Below, piece by piece: positions 51,163 through 64,000 of a stretch of 64,000 nucleotides of DNA. The translations under genes and the position numbers were made by a program. The notes under the pieces are model-generated. The model saw only the letters and a list, made by a program, of their open reading frames with translations, did no database searches and had not been told where the DNA came from. Each line of letters opens with the position of its first letter. Position 1 is the stretch's first letter. Source of the stretch: Vicugna vicugna (lineage: Eukaryota); assembly GCA_013265495.1 (NCBI GenBank), contig MU058418.1:620001-684000 (forward strand). Direction: 5' to 3'.

Positions 51163-52753
51163 AAATAACAGCCTCTTATTTTAAAGTTTCCCCAAAGAGA
51201 TTTTACAGCTTCCTCACAGTTAGGTCATTGTGCCACAAATCTCACTGCCTGAAACTTCTTCCTTACATCTAACCCCAATTCCTCTTACTTCAGTTAAAAA
51301 GATGGCTGCTGGATACATACCCTTTATAATTAAAACTGTTAAGTCATCCAACATGCAGGTAAGATGAACTATAGGTATGCAGAACTTCTAGCAGCTTAAG
51401 AACTTTAATAAAATGTGTCTCGTGAATTGTTTGTTACCTAAAACCACTATTTAAAGTTGGTAAAAAAGAAGGATCAAATCTATCCTTGTAGAGAGGTAAC
51501 TACACTTTTCAAGTGTTCTGTGGCTACTGGTGAGTGAACACCAGATGGGGCCAGCAGACCTGGGATCGTCCAGCGTGAGTGCCCTGCACGGATCTAAGCC
51601 CCGCACACAGACTCGTGGCAAACCACAGGGCTGACAGATTATGACGTTTCTGGGTCCTTTTCTCCTAGAGTTTTAGAAAATCCCTTCTCATTTGAAATGA
51701 GCTCTTTTGTCACCCTGGCACCTCTCCTTAAACAGGTGGCTCCAACCCAGATTCTATTTAAGGCCGTTTCACCACTGTGGACACCAGCTTGGCAAAGCAG
51801 GGTAAACAAGAGGCACTTCATGTGCTTCTCTTCTGTGACCCCCCCGCCTCTGTCAAAGACACTGAGGATGCCACTCATAAATCATTAAGTCGTTCCTCCA
51901 GAAAAAGGAATAAACTGCTCTCGTCCAATCACAAGAGCATGCTTAAATAAAAAGGCACATTCTAAGAAGCCTGCCACAATTTTCAGGGTTTAATGTCTCA
52001 GGAACTTTCAGGAGAGGCTGATGTGCCTTCTTCACCATGGCTGATCTGTTTGTGGACTACAGTTTCCTCCAGCTGCTATGTATAAAGCCTGCCTGTGAGG
52101 CCAAAGAACACTCTAGAACAGTTCAAACCCACTCAAGCCTCAAAGGATACTTCTTTGCTTCTGAATCTGAACCATGTCTCAGCCTCCCTGTCTGGGGAAC
52201 AGAGCTCCAGGGTGTGAGTCAGGAGTGTGGACTCCTCCTGCACCCTCAGAGGCCTGGGGGATGCCCCTGCGTCCTCAGCTCCCAGGATGCCCAGGACGGC
52301 CCAACCTGCTGCAGTTCTGGAGGGTCAGCTGAGCACCTGGAATGCGGAGAACCTCCAAAGAGAAGCAGGAAGAGGCAGAGGGACAGGAAGGAGAAAGCCA
52401 AGAACCAGAGAGAGAAAGAGAAAGTCCCAAAGCAGTGACAGTGGCCTGGGGAAGAAAGAGGGGCCACATGGATGAGACTCCAGATACTGCTGAGTGAGGG
52501 TGAGTTCAGGGGCTGCTGGTCCCTTATTATGTGTAGGACCCAAGACCCAAATGCCCACAGTTAAGTGAATTTGGAGTATTTAATCTATTTAAATAATTTT
52601 AATGGCACTTTACTTGGATTCTCTAACCAAATGAAACCCCGAGAAGCAGTAACAACACCATCTGCAAGCTTATTCTCAAATAATATCTATGCATGCAATA
52701 ACAACCCTACATCCCAGAGTCTCAGACACTATTCTTCCCAGCACTAAACAGTT

Positions 52754-52852
52754 CTCTCTCTCTCTCTATTCCCTTCCTCCTCTCTCTCTCTTCCTCTCTC
52801 TCCCTCCCTCTCTCTCCCTCTCACACACGCAAACACACACACACACACACAC
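52754..52852 (+). repeat. Compound (CT)n/(CA)n simple repeat
   Basis: Direct reading. Confidence 0.9.
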
Positions 52853-54394
52853 TCACCCTCCACTCCCCACCTTATTTCTCCACATCAGTCATAACTTTGC
52901 AAATGATGGAGCCACTGCTCAGAGTGAATCCTTTCTACAATCATCTCTGCTACCTTGCCCCAGGCTGGGAGCCATTGCCTCTCTTGGAACTGACTACCAG
53001 CAGGCCTGCCCAGCCCAGCAGGCCACGCAACTCTGCCCAGGCCCTCAAGAAGGTCAGACCACTGGACCAGTGTCCAGAGGGCTCCATGTGGGAGCACTTT
53101 GGCTCTGCTGCTTAAAGAGACGGTAGCACCACAGATTCTTGGCCTTGAAACCCAGATTAGGAAAGAAAGTAATACTGTGGGTCCGATAATACCACCACTT
53201 AAATAACCGTGGAATAACTATCCCCCTATGCTTAACCAGGTGCCACCACCTAAGGATCACAGCCAGGAAACTCCAGGTTGCAGAGAAAGAAACCTGCAAG
53301 GAAAGAAGCAGAAAGAGAAAGAGGGCCAGGAGGGAGAAGGGCCAGGAAACAACAGCGGGTCCTGGTAGAGCTGCCTCTCCCCTGCTCAGAGCCCAGGACG
53401 GTGGGGCTCAGCTTCCTACCTTGGGTGGCCGTGTCTCTGCCACCAGGCAGCGTCCCGCACACCCCTCTCCAGCGCCGCTGGTGCTCAGTGCTGTGGGAGG
53501 TAGGGAGGACCTCTGAGGGACTTCTTGGTGGCAGAAACCAGCCGATTTCCTCTCTGCCCTCCTGCTGCCTTTCACTGAGGCTCTTGTGGAGGTTTGCAGA
53601 TTTCCTTTACTCCGGGGCTTGGTCCCGCCCCTTGTTCTCGCTCAGATAAGCTCACCACGTTTTCCCTTACGGCCCTCTGTGGCCTCTTGTCCCAGCCTTC
53701 CTGGTTCAAAGGGCACCGGGCCACACCACCTATGAGGCTTAGCCTTTCATTCGCTTCAATTAAATTTTCCATTAACTTGGTCTCTGGCCAGTATAGATTT
53801 TTTCTTCAAGCTTGTCTGTAAGTTCAGATCACTCAGCCCTCAGAATCAACCTTATGACTTCCCTCAGGTCCATTTAAGTACATTTATATTTTTTCTCCCC
53901 TAATGAGATGGACAGAAACCAACCATAATTTTAATGCCTGACACCTGAAACTTCTTTAGCCCTTTCCAGTGTTTCTCGTTTGCCTGAGACTTTGTTCTTT
54001 AAGATTTAAGATTTCCTCTTGTAGAAATTTGCCCAAAGGCAATTTTGCCCAACGTCAGCCGTTTGAAATAATGAATGCCCTTTCAGTCTCCAGAGGAGAG
54101 GAGTTTCCATAACCAGCCTCTCTATGGTCTTGCAGCTTTGCCAAGTCTCTACCCCAAGGCTTATGGGAATTCCCAAGAGGTGGAGGAGGGCGAGAGTGGG
54201 GGACCTGCTGCAGTCAAGCTCTGTTTCCTCAACAGCCCCCGCACTTTTTGTCTTTCATAGAACTCTGGGCAAAGTAAAAGTGATGCTTAATCAGGAAAAT
54301 GTTGAGTCCCTGGAATAGAGAACACCATACAGGTTTTGGTTCTAAATGGACATCCTGACTCTGAGGAAGGTTCACAGTACTTTCCAGTATCCCT

Positions 54395-54675
54395 CACACG
54401 GGTGAAGCAGGCTGCCATGTTGTGAGATGCTCCGTGGAGAGGCCTATGTGGCTCGCGGAAACGGAATCCTGCCAACATCCACATGAATGAGCTAGGAAGT
54501 GGATCCTACCCTAATTGACCTCTGAGACGCTGTGGGCTTGTGAGTGACCCAGAACCAGGGGACCCAGTTAAGCTGCACCTGAGCTCCTGACTCCCAGAAA
54601 CTGTGAGAAATAAATGTTAGTTTAAACCACTAAGTTTTGGGGTAATTTGTCACACAGCAATAGATAGCTAATACA
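54395..54675 (+). mobile_element. MLT1-type LTR fragment
   Basis: ggctgccatgttgtgagatgctcc...gaaactgtgagaaataaatg...taagttttggggtaatttgtcacacagcaatagatagctaataca. Confidence 0.8.
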
Positions 54676-55894
54676 GGTAGGAAAAGAGGTTTGTTTCATT
54701 CCTCTTGACTGCATATTCCAGGTTGGAAGTTGTAATTATTAATTCAGTAGCAGCTAGGATGTATCTGCTATAGAATATCTAATTCTCTCTCAGGAAGTTT
54801 ATGGGATTTTTTTTTCAAAATCAAGGAATTTACTACTTATGTCTGAGACCCATAAACTACCCATTAATAAGAGAGAGTTCGTGGAGTTTATCTTAGAAGC
54901 CTACTGGTTTCCAAAGTTGCTTCAATTCCTCTTGGCATGATTTGCCATTTTAACCCTAATTCTGATGCATGGTCAGTAGATACTGGTGTGGATAACCTGC
55001 AGATATTACCTTAGGACCCACCACAGAGGCTCAGGGTATCAGTTCAAGGGGAACAGCCCGAAGGAGAGAGTCTCCAGTTACAGCTACTGTGTGCACCCTG
55101 GAGGTTTGGGAATGGCCACATCTCATATCCTCGGTCCTTTGTCTCCATCAATCCTTATGCTTTCTGTGTTTGGATGGTCACCATCTCTTTAGATCCCTTA
55201 GAGACCGTGCCCATTCCCTGTATCTCCTCTTCCCCCATGGGCAGGAGCCTCTTTGGAAAGGCCTGCCAGAGATACAAAAGGCCTTCTGCAGCTGAGCCCA
55301 GTGCCTGCAGCATCGTCGGATCAGTTGGAGAGTGGCTCATGGGGGACTGATGGGTGGGGGGGTCACATAAAGGACAGTTAACCTCATGGAACAGAGGGGA
55401 GGGTTTCCAGTAGGTTTCTTTATTTGAAGAGAGGCATGGGGCAGGGGTGGAGGTGTCTTTTAGAGAATCCCTGAGACCAGCCTTATAGGAAGAAGGAGTC
55501 CATATGGCCTCTTTTTTGACAGGGTCTTTTTCTTCTCCACACTCCCTCCTAGAAGGAGCTCTCCCAAACAGTAGAAAGTCTACTAGGGATTTACCATCAT
55601 CATCATTCTGCTCCTCAAGCCTTGAATGTTGGCATCTTTAATCCACAGAATGATTTTATTTGTGATCTTACACAAGAGGAGAATTACCTTAATTTCTTTT
55701 TGTTTCATTTTAATATGTATATACTTTCTATTAAAATATTGTCAAATTGGTCAACATGATTCAATATTATACTTTTGATCCCATATTTAAAGTTCCTTGG
55801 GAGGTTCCAACAACTTAATTGGAATATTATTCATTCATTCATTTAGTCAATAACTATTGAATACTTGTGCTTCCTCAGTGTCCACAGAACTCAA

Positions 55895-56068
55895 GGGGGA
55901 GGGTATATAGCTCAGTGGTAGAGTGTGTGCTTAGCATGCACAAGGTCCTGGGTTCAATTCCCAGTACCTCCATTAAAAAAAGAAAGAAAGAAAAAAGAAA
56001 AAAAGGGCAAAAAGAAAAAAGAGTATGCTTCTAAAAAAATAAAGCTAAAAATAAATTTTCAAAAAATA
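55895..56068 (+). mobile_element. tRNA(Ala)-derived SINE, camelid vic-1-like
   Basis: GGGGGAGGGTATATAGCTCAGTGGTAGAG (A box) ... GGTTCAATTCCC (B box), then an A-rich tail. Degenerate TSD tccacagaactcaa (55881-55894) / tccacaggattcaa (56069-56082). Confidence 0.88.
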
Positions 56069-58261
56069 TCCACAGGATTCAAAAAAGAACCTAAACCATA
56101 CAGTGCAAAGGAGGAATAAATTACTGAAAATTGTAAAAATCTATTTCAAATTCTACAAAACCTAGTCTTTCCCTTAGAGGTTACATTTTTCCCTTTTAGC
56201 TCAATGTTTTAAAATATGTATAGATATTACACTTTAATGAATGATATCATTGAAAATATAATAAATGGCTTTTCCTAAATGAACTCATATTGGCACACAG
56301 GCAGAACTAAGATCAGGAATTCTACACTGGCAAACGCTCCCGATTCCATTTGGTAAGAACTCCGGCTGGGCTTCTCCTGGACCTATCTGTCTGGAAATAT
56401 ATGAAGGTCTTTGTATTTGCTGTGGAACTTGTGGCCATTTTTCTTTTCACCTTTCTATCAAAACTTTCTGCAAAGATTGTTAAGAACTGAGCTTGACACT
56501 TATGCTTTGTTCTCTTTCCAAATGGCCCCCTTTCCAATGCACGGCTTGAGAAGCAGACAGCTCATTTTGTTCACATGGCCCGTGGCTATGACAGAATGAG
56601 CACAGCTCTACAATATTCCAACCACTGGCCTGCACATGCCTTCCTTCATTTCTTTTTTTTTTCCTGCATCATTTCATATAACATTTAAAAATACCAGGTC
56701 AAACTATGCCTAATGTCGGTGGGATGGGCCAATTTTGTAGGGATGAGAAAGTTCTCCTGGTGTCTAGAATGATAGGGTCTGCTGGAAGTCATCCAGCAAT
56801 GGTGTAGCAAGGACCAAGGATAAGGACGAAACACTCCTTGGGGCCAAGATAGGAAACCCAGTGGAGAAAAGATAATTGATCTGTTTGGAGCGCAGTTTCT
56901 ACCTAGATTTTGCTAAGTGGCATTGATGTTTGTTGTGTTCTTTTACATCTTTGCTGCAAGAAGTGACACAGGGGTACCACAAGTCACTTGTGAACATCTA
57001 TTTTGTGCAGTCAGCCTTCGAGCTGAGAAACAGGACACACCCCACCCAGCAAGTGTGGATAATGGGGTCCTACTGACAGACAGGCTTGGGACGAAAAGCA
57101 AAGAGCCAGAGAGAAGAAGATCTGGGCTCAGTTTCCCTACCCACTCCACATGACCCCTTTGCCGCCTTTCTGTGCCGTCTTCTCTGAATGAGTGGCCTCA
57201 GCTCTGAAGGCATCACAAGTAGAGGGAGCTAAGAAAATGTTTGCCGACTGACCATGGGAGCATTTCTATATAATGGAACTTATGCCATTAAAAGCTCTAT
57301 TTCCTTTTTGAAATTAACAATCTTTTGGAAAAAGAGATATTCTCTGGATAGTCATTCTCTGTAGAACTATTACATTAGACAAATTTGTAGATCAACAGGG
57401 AAGCAGATTTAATTTCTAGATGAATGGATATGAAGGTTCAACCATAACAGAACACACTGTGTCTATTACTCCAATAGTTTCCTGGTGCTTGGCTCCAAGA
57501 CCAGCAGCCAAGGAAGAAAACATCAAGTCTCAAGAATAAATGTCTTTTCTCATCTCCCACCCCCACAATCTGTGTATCAAAAAAGCTACTCAACAAAAAG
57601 TAAACAATTTGTTCTCATCAGGTCAAACCTTCAAAAGGCAGGAAACCAATTGCTAAATTAGATCTTGCAGAAGAGTTCAGCTACCACATTTGTGGTTTCC
57701 AAAGAAATCTCCCCTACGCTTGGTGAGCAGACAGTTTGTTCTGTTGTATTGCACAGAGTTCGAGTCAACAAATATTTATGTGGACTTGTTACATCTCAGG
57801 CTCTGCTGAGGACCGCATGGCCCTGCCTTCAAGGCTGTCTAGCTGGGAGATGAGAGCTGGACCAGATTCTAGCAGTATAAGGCGGAATTAAATCCACTGA
57901 GCGAGGTAAACAAGGGTGTGGGAGAACAGGTGGATGTCTTCTAGGGATTTGGGGATGCTTAAAGGACAACAGAGACCCTCCTGCCCGTGGTGGCCAGGCC
58001 ACACTGGGACCTTTGCCCGTCATCATTCTTTCCTTTCTTTCACCCTCTTCCCAGGGCTGCAGACCTCTTTCTGACCTGGATCTGCACATCCCCTGTGCCC
58101 TCTCAAGCCCCTCTCTTCTTTTCCAACCCACGGGGCACTTGGTCATCTTCAGTGGCAGCACTAGTACAGGGGCAGCATTGTCCCAGCCCAGATAGAATTA
58201 TTTTATTGAAAACCTGAAATAAAATTCCCTGTGTGAGCAGGACTCCATCAGCACATCCTTT

Positions 58262-58425
58262 GTCATTCAAAATGTGGTCCTCAACCAGCAGCAGCATGGA
58301 CATCGCCTGGGATCCTTTCAGAAATGCAGATTCCCAGGCCCCTTCCTAGCCCTACTGAGTCAGAATCTGCATTTTATCAAGATGCCCAGGTCGTTCTTGG
58401 GCATATTAAAGTTGAGAAGCCCTGG
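58262..58425. mobile_element. MER5A-like MITE
   Basis: tcaaaatgtggtcc...ccagcagcagcat...agaaatgcagattcccaggccc...ctactgagtcagaatctgcatttt...aagttgagaagccctg. Confidence 0.8.
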
Positions 58426-58853
58426 TGAAAGCTTACTTACAATCGTGAACTTTTTTTTTCAACATTCAAAGGTAAGGTAAAATTTCCACTATAATGATCT
58501 CATGACTTCTGACAGAACCACAAATGTTATCAAATCCATGTTTCTGCTTCGATTCTCCTAAAGCACCCAGAGAACTGTTTTTCCTAAAAGATGAATGTTT
58601 GGCTGCTGGTTAATAGATTTGGAGGAAAATGACTGACGTTCCAAGCCAAGGTCCCTACCTTTCAGACTGAATTCAGGCAGCTGAGTAGGTTTTCCCTGGA
58701 CAAAGAAGAAAGATCATTTGGCAAGAGAGTTTATATTTCAAAGGTCTGAGGAAGAGATTTGGAAGAAGCTCTCCCTGCTCTTATATGAGCCCTTCTGTCT
58801 TGGTATCCTCATCTTCACCTCTGGGGGGCCCCTCCCAAGGGTTCCTGGGGCCC

Positions 58854-58905
58854 CTGACCTCTGGCTGTCCAGGGCTGACCTCCGGCTGTCCAGGGCTGAC
58901 CTCTG
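58854..58905 (+). repeat. 21-bp tandem repeat, ~2.5 copies (CTGACCTCYGGCTGTCCAGGG)
   Basis: Units at 58854, 58875 and a partial unit at 58896. Confidence 0.9.
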
Positions 58906-61900
58906 CCACCTCCAGCCGTGACTCAGCTTGGAAGGGACCAGAGAGGACATCCTGCTCTTACTCCTCTGGGTTGCCAGAGTTCACCCCAATGGCCCTGATA
59001 AGTGGACACCTGTACTTGTCACCAATAATGCGGAGATCATTCCATCCAAGCAACCCCTTCTACTCTGAACAGCTTTGACTTTTCAAAGTTCTTTACAGTG
59101 TCAACCCCACCTGACTCCCGTGGGAGTGGTCTTCTGGTTGTTCAGAGGCCGAGTCCTCTACCTGGAAGAGTATTCCTTAAACCTATGCTTCTCAAACTTT
59201 AATGTGTCTTCAGAACACCTGAGATCTGTTGTGAAGGAGTGGATAAAGGCCACTGAGCATTTCCTTTCTCAGGTGAGGACAATATTCCTGACCAGAGTTT
59301 TAGTGGCAAGACCTCAGGTTTAATTAAATCCATCTTCAGGACCACAGAGAACAAATCCACATGACCAGCTGTCATATTTTTGGAACAGAAAATCATGTCT
59401 TCCCCAAATTATCCATTTTTTTCTTGCCACAAACATCATGGTTTCTTTGATAGTTCCTTATGTGTCATGGCTTTGCATTTTCTTACCATCTGATTAACTT
59501 CTGGAAATGCCCTAATGAATGCTGACAAACTCTCTGTGTGCCACTCAGCATGGGACACTTCAGCTTTGACTGAACAACCATGGGACAGAGCAGGACCTGG
59601 TTCAAATAAACTCAAGACCATATGATCTTGTTTAGGAACCACATGGTCCTATGGATGGATACAAAGCCTAAAGCCAACAAAGCCCTCCAACTCTTCCCTC
59701 ATAAATACACCTGCCTTTCTTGCCACAGTGGTGGGAAAGCGAGTGAAAAACTAATTCCTCATCTAAGGTAATAATAATTTGACATGTTATCCTTTAAGGG
59801 AGCTTTAACAAGGCACTTCAAAAGAGGCAATGTCTTAATTAAAGGTAAACTCTTTAATGGTGTCATCTTAGGCCCCTTGGCAGAGAGGTAGGAAATATGT
59901 GTGCCAGGGGGCTGCTCAGAGCTCACTGTACCATGGCTGCTTCCTCCACCCTCCCTGAGTCCCCCGGATACATGACACACACAGCACTTGGTTCTGTGAT
60001 ACCCATGGCATAAGGAGAAATTTCCACAAGGTCGGCTGATCTGGAGCAATTCATTTTTTCAAAGCAGCTATGGGCTAGGGAAGGGCTCACTAAGACAAAT
60101 GGAGTCATTACTTCCAAAGCCAAGCCAAGCCAACTAGGAAGGAAACCAGCTTCCAGGTAGAAATGCCTGCCTCAGTCAAGGGAAGAAGTGAGCAGCTACG
60201 CTACTTCCAGGAAAAAGACAGGAACTTCTATTCAGCATAGTGAGCTTGGAAGAGGAGAGAATAAGGTGGAAACCAGGGCAAGGGCTTCCTCAATGATCAC
60301 TTAAGGAAAGCTGAAGAGAGGCTCCTGGGACAGGATGTTAAAATGAAACTATTTTAGTTTCAGTTTCGGATGAAGCTTCAAGACCATAGACACGCAGACC
60401 AGAGTAAAGTGAGCAGATCTTGCAACAAGAAGTGGTTGAAAGCCAGTTTTACACCTGAAGATGATCACCCACATGCAGCCTACAAGAGAAATTGTAGAGG
60501 CTGAAAAACAGGTTGAATAGAAGAATTGTGGACAGAATGGTCTCATATGTTCCCAAGGGCTTCATTCAGTGTCGCCATGTGAATAGCTTGATATCTGTCC
60601 TTGGAGCTCAAGAGACCCAATGGGTTATTGTTTGATTCCCATGAGAAACTAAATAGTCTGGCTTCTCTGATGGCAGAACAAAGGAGAGGGGCAGAGATCA
60701 ACCTGCATGCCCAGAGTTTGTTTGAGCAGAGGATGTGTATTTCTCAGGGACCGGATGCGGGCCATCAGAAGAAAGATCTGGAGTGAGATTATCTTAGATC
60801 CTTTCCACAGGACTATCTGGAGGCACAAGGGGGTCTCAGAAGAAAGAAGCTTGAGATCTACCCTCAGATGCCCTGAGGCTGTGGAAAGAATTGTAAGTGA
60901 TCAGCCAGAGTTACCTTTGTCCATGTCAATGAACATGGAGGTGAGAGATGGTCGGATCACCAAAGGCCCCATGTAAGAGCCCACAGGACGAAGAATCAGC
61001 TTGAAACGCCTGCCAGAACCAGCGAGCCTGATGCCAGCTTGCAGCAGGATTAGTCAAGTGAAAACTCTCCTACCTCTTGTCCCTCCTCCTTCCCTCACTC
61101 TGATCAGGAAGGATTTGAATCATTATTAGCTAGATACGGAAGGGGCCAAAACATAGGTTTGGGAAGGAGGTGGAGAGAAGCCAACCATGCTCCCCTTTAC
61201 TGCTGCAGGCAACTGGCCTGAAGCACGGCTGAGAAGTTACATCTTTGAGTGAAGTTTAAAGTTTGATTGTCACACTGACCTGGACATATTAATTATTGAC
61301 TAGAGACTGTTTTGGTCCCTGAAAGGAGCCATAAAAGTCATGAGATTTGCCCTAAATTTCATCCACAGACAGGGAAGAAGTGGTCTCACAGGATACATTT
61401 AAAGGAGAACAGGAGACACGAATTATGTGGCTTTATGATTATGTCCCCTGGGTCATCGTCTGTTCAGTGTAACAATGACTCAAAGGTTTGCAAAGTGAAA
61501 TCAAATCATTCTGCTATTCTCGTTGCGAGATTCACTAGAAGATACATTAACTTTACAATGTTTCTGAGTCAACTAAGGTTTACACGAAAGGCCAGATCAT
61601 AGACTATCAGAACCAGAAGGAACATTATATATGAGCAACTCTACCCTCTCATTTCACACAGGAAACTGAGGCCCAGAGAAATGAGAAGACTTTCCCAAGC
61701 TCACACATATAGAGACATCAAGGAAAACATAGAAATATATAGCATCTGCTCACACAGACTGTATTTAATTAGGTACCTTTCTTGTAAAGGCCAAATTCCT
61801 TCCTGTTTCCCAGGTCTCAGAGAGTTTAAAATAAAATTATAGACAAGGTTCTTGACAATATGTGAGAAAATCTATGTTATCCTTCCCTGATGTCCTCACC

Positions 61901-62984
61901 ACTCTTATTATAAATATCCTCTTGTTGAATGCTAAGCCTATCTGTGAGCACATACCTGCAAATGAATCAGTTTTTCATTATTTGTACTGGTCACTCAGTA
62001 CCTCAAAAACTCCTAAACTCACATATTTGCCTTATCCTGAGACAGGGTCTCACATGGTACTTGGAACAGAAGAGGGTTCAGCAAATGTCTGCAAGATGAC
62101 ATAGTGGCTAAATTCCAGTTTCACTGTCTATGTGTTCTTTATGTATCAAGAACACTGCTTCTGGAGAAAGAAAAAAGGCAACATGTCTGTTCATCCTTGG
62201 GAACCTGGAATCTAGAACCTGGAGTCATGCTCAACTCTTTGCAAATCCATAACTTGGGGCTGCTAATTAGGGAAAGAGCAACTCCCATTGGCATCTAGCC
62301 CACTGGGCAGACAATGGTGTGGCAAGTTTGCCCGTGTGGTCTTGCTGCCCTTCCTACTGGTCACTTCCCTATGCTGAGCTATTCTGGGGCAGGTGGTACA
62401 AAAGGCATTCAGCCCCTGGGTCACTTTCTACCCTGTGATGAGAGAGAAACACTAACTCTCATTGGAGGACAGATTTGATTTATGGCCAGGTCAAATCCCT
62501 GCCATGCTAGACACTTTTATTGACATGGGTAGGAATTTGAGGTCCCCAGACTGGTCCACTGTAATCAATTCGTTAGCCCTTGTTTCTTCAGGGTTTCTTT
62601 TTTCCTTAGGTTAGTAGTCCTTCAATTACTCAAAAATGATGAATAAATGCCCAAGAGTCCTAATTAGAAGACAGGGGGGAAAAATCACTCATTACATGTG
62701 ATGTGGTCTCATTGTCTAAATTCTAATAACACAGGCCTAAAAGCTATAATGTCAGCTCTCAGTAGCCAGAGACATCTCTTCCAACTGCAGCCTGGGTGGG
62801 GACTGTCAGGGAGTCCCTGGTCCTGGTGGGCCCTGACCGTTCCCCAGTGCCCAGAGAGGCAGCCTGTGAGCCTCTGGCAGCAGCGCACCCAGCAGCCCCG
62901 TGGGGGGCAGTCGCACCTGCCCTGGGAGGGTGGAGACACCTGGAACCACCTGCAGTCTCTGGAAAACAGACAGACAAAGCCTAC

Positions 62985-63179
62985 CTGACTCGATCCTGCC
63001 TTCCTGGCGCTCGGGGGTATCCTCGGAGGCGCTGGCACCCCTGGGGAAGGGCTGGTGGCTGAAGAGGTCATCACACAGGAGACTCCGGCACAGCTTGGCG
63101 AGGAAGCGAAGGACGTACCCAATGCTGTTCACCACAGGCAGACTCCGCAGGTGCTGCTTCCCATCGAAGGATGCAGAGA
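62985..63179 (-). CDS. SCML4: SCML4 internal coding exon (C-terminal part of the SLED/DUF3588 region), 195 nt, phase 1-1
   Basis: Translates (V)SASFDGKQHLRSLPVVNSIGYVLRFLAKLCRSLLCDDLFSHQPFPRGASASEDTPERQEGRIES, recognised as SCML4. Acceptor cttttccag at 63181-63180; donor G|GTAGGC at 62984. Confidence 0.95.
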
Positions 63180-63269
63180 CTGGAAAAGCCCAGAGATGGA
63201 GACTCAGAGCTGGACTCTGGAGAAAGCCGCAAGCCCGTCAGCCCTGGGGAGCAGGGTTTGGTTTGTTCA

Positions 63270-64000
63270 GTTTTGTTTTGTTTTAAACTAAGTTTTATGT
63301 GGATTTCACCTATTTTTTTCACTAATGTCCGATCTCGTCCAGGAGACCACATTGGGTATCACTGTCATGTAAACTTGGTCTCTTCAGGTTTGAAATTGTT
63401 TCTCAGACTTTCCTTGTTTTTCATGATCTAGACAGTCTTGAAGAGTACTAGTCAGGTATTTTGTAAAATGTCCCTCAGTTTGGGCTTGTCCAATGTTTTT
63501 CTCATGATTTGACTGGGGTTATGAGTTTTGGGGAGGGAGACCACAGAGGTGAAGTGCACTTCTCATCACATTGGATCAGAAGTACATAATATCTACATCA
63601 CATCACTGCGATGTTAACCTTCATCTCCTGACCAAGGTAGTGTTTGCCACATTTCTCCATTGAATTCTCCATATTCTGTTCCCCAGAAAAGTCACAAGGT
63701 CCTGCCCACACACAAGGGCGGTGGCGGGATTGAGCTCCGCCTCCCGGAGAGGGAGCGTCTCTGCATCATTTGGAATTCTACGATAAGGAAGAATTGGCCC
63801 TTCTCCTTCGTGTATGTATGTATGTATGTATGTATGTATGTATGTATGTATGTATGTATTTATATCAGTGCAGACTCAATATTTTGTACTTTGGGTTGCC
63901 CAATACTGTGTTATTTATTTGTTGCTAAATTACTCTAGTTTTTGTATTTGGGAGCTTTCAGATTGACTCCTGTATCCCTATGAGGTACTCCCTTTTTTTT
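63270..64000 (-). mobile_element. Ancient L1MC/L1MD-type 3' UTR fragment with (TATG)n
   Basis: ctcagactttccttgtttttcatga...gaagagtactagtcaggtattttgtaaaatgtccctcagtttggg resembles L1MC/MD 3' UTR. Confidence 0.7.
63812..63858 (+). repeat. (TATG)n tetranucleotide microsatellite
   Basis: Direct reading; perfect run. Confidence 0.95.

Noticed and set aside
55895..55972. tRNA-Ala gene
   Set aside because: Extra 5' bases, imperfect stems, an A-rich tail and a TSD indicate a SINE, not a functional tRNA.
58854..58905. CRISPR-like repeat
   Set aside because: Head-to-tail tandem units without spacers, in a mammalian intron, with no cas genes.
62806..62984. Extension of ORF 62806..63135 beyond ...EGRIES
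   Set aside because: Read-through into intron past a canonical GT donor. The same applies to ORFs 37643..37975 and 45842..46294 beyond their splice sites.

Overview
Mammalian genomic DNA, most likely a camelid (a vic-1-like tRNA-derived SINE is present and I saw no Alu, Bov-A/tA, CHR or PRE SINEs). The only protein-coding gene I can support is the 3' half of SCML4 (Polycomb Scm-like 4) on the minus strand. Its four coding exons (63179-62985, 46263-45973, 38043-37898, 35399-35274) have canonical AG/GT boundaries and consistent phases, and they end in the SAM domain (..[69 protein letters not shown]). Upstream exons lie beyond the window's right edge. Positions 1 to ~31.7 kb are downstream/intergenic; in human the convergent neighbour is SOBP, but I recognised no SOBP coding sequence. 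The rest is typical eutherian repeats: L1, MIR, MaLR/ERVL LTRs, hAT MERs and microsatellites. Repeat family names come from recall, not a database search, and repeat edges are approximate. Best observations: (1) a young L1 inserted inside the polypyrimidine tract of an SCML4 splice acceptor; (2) an orphan minus-strand terminal-exon-like unit at ~23.45-25.53 kb that could give a SAM-less SCML4 isoform; (3) oriented CTCF-like motifs. I found no evidence for a new multi-gene system, CRISPR array or prokaryotic element.
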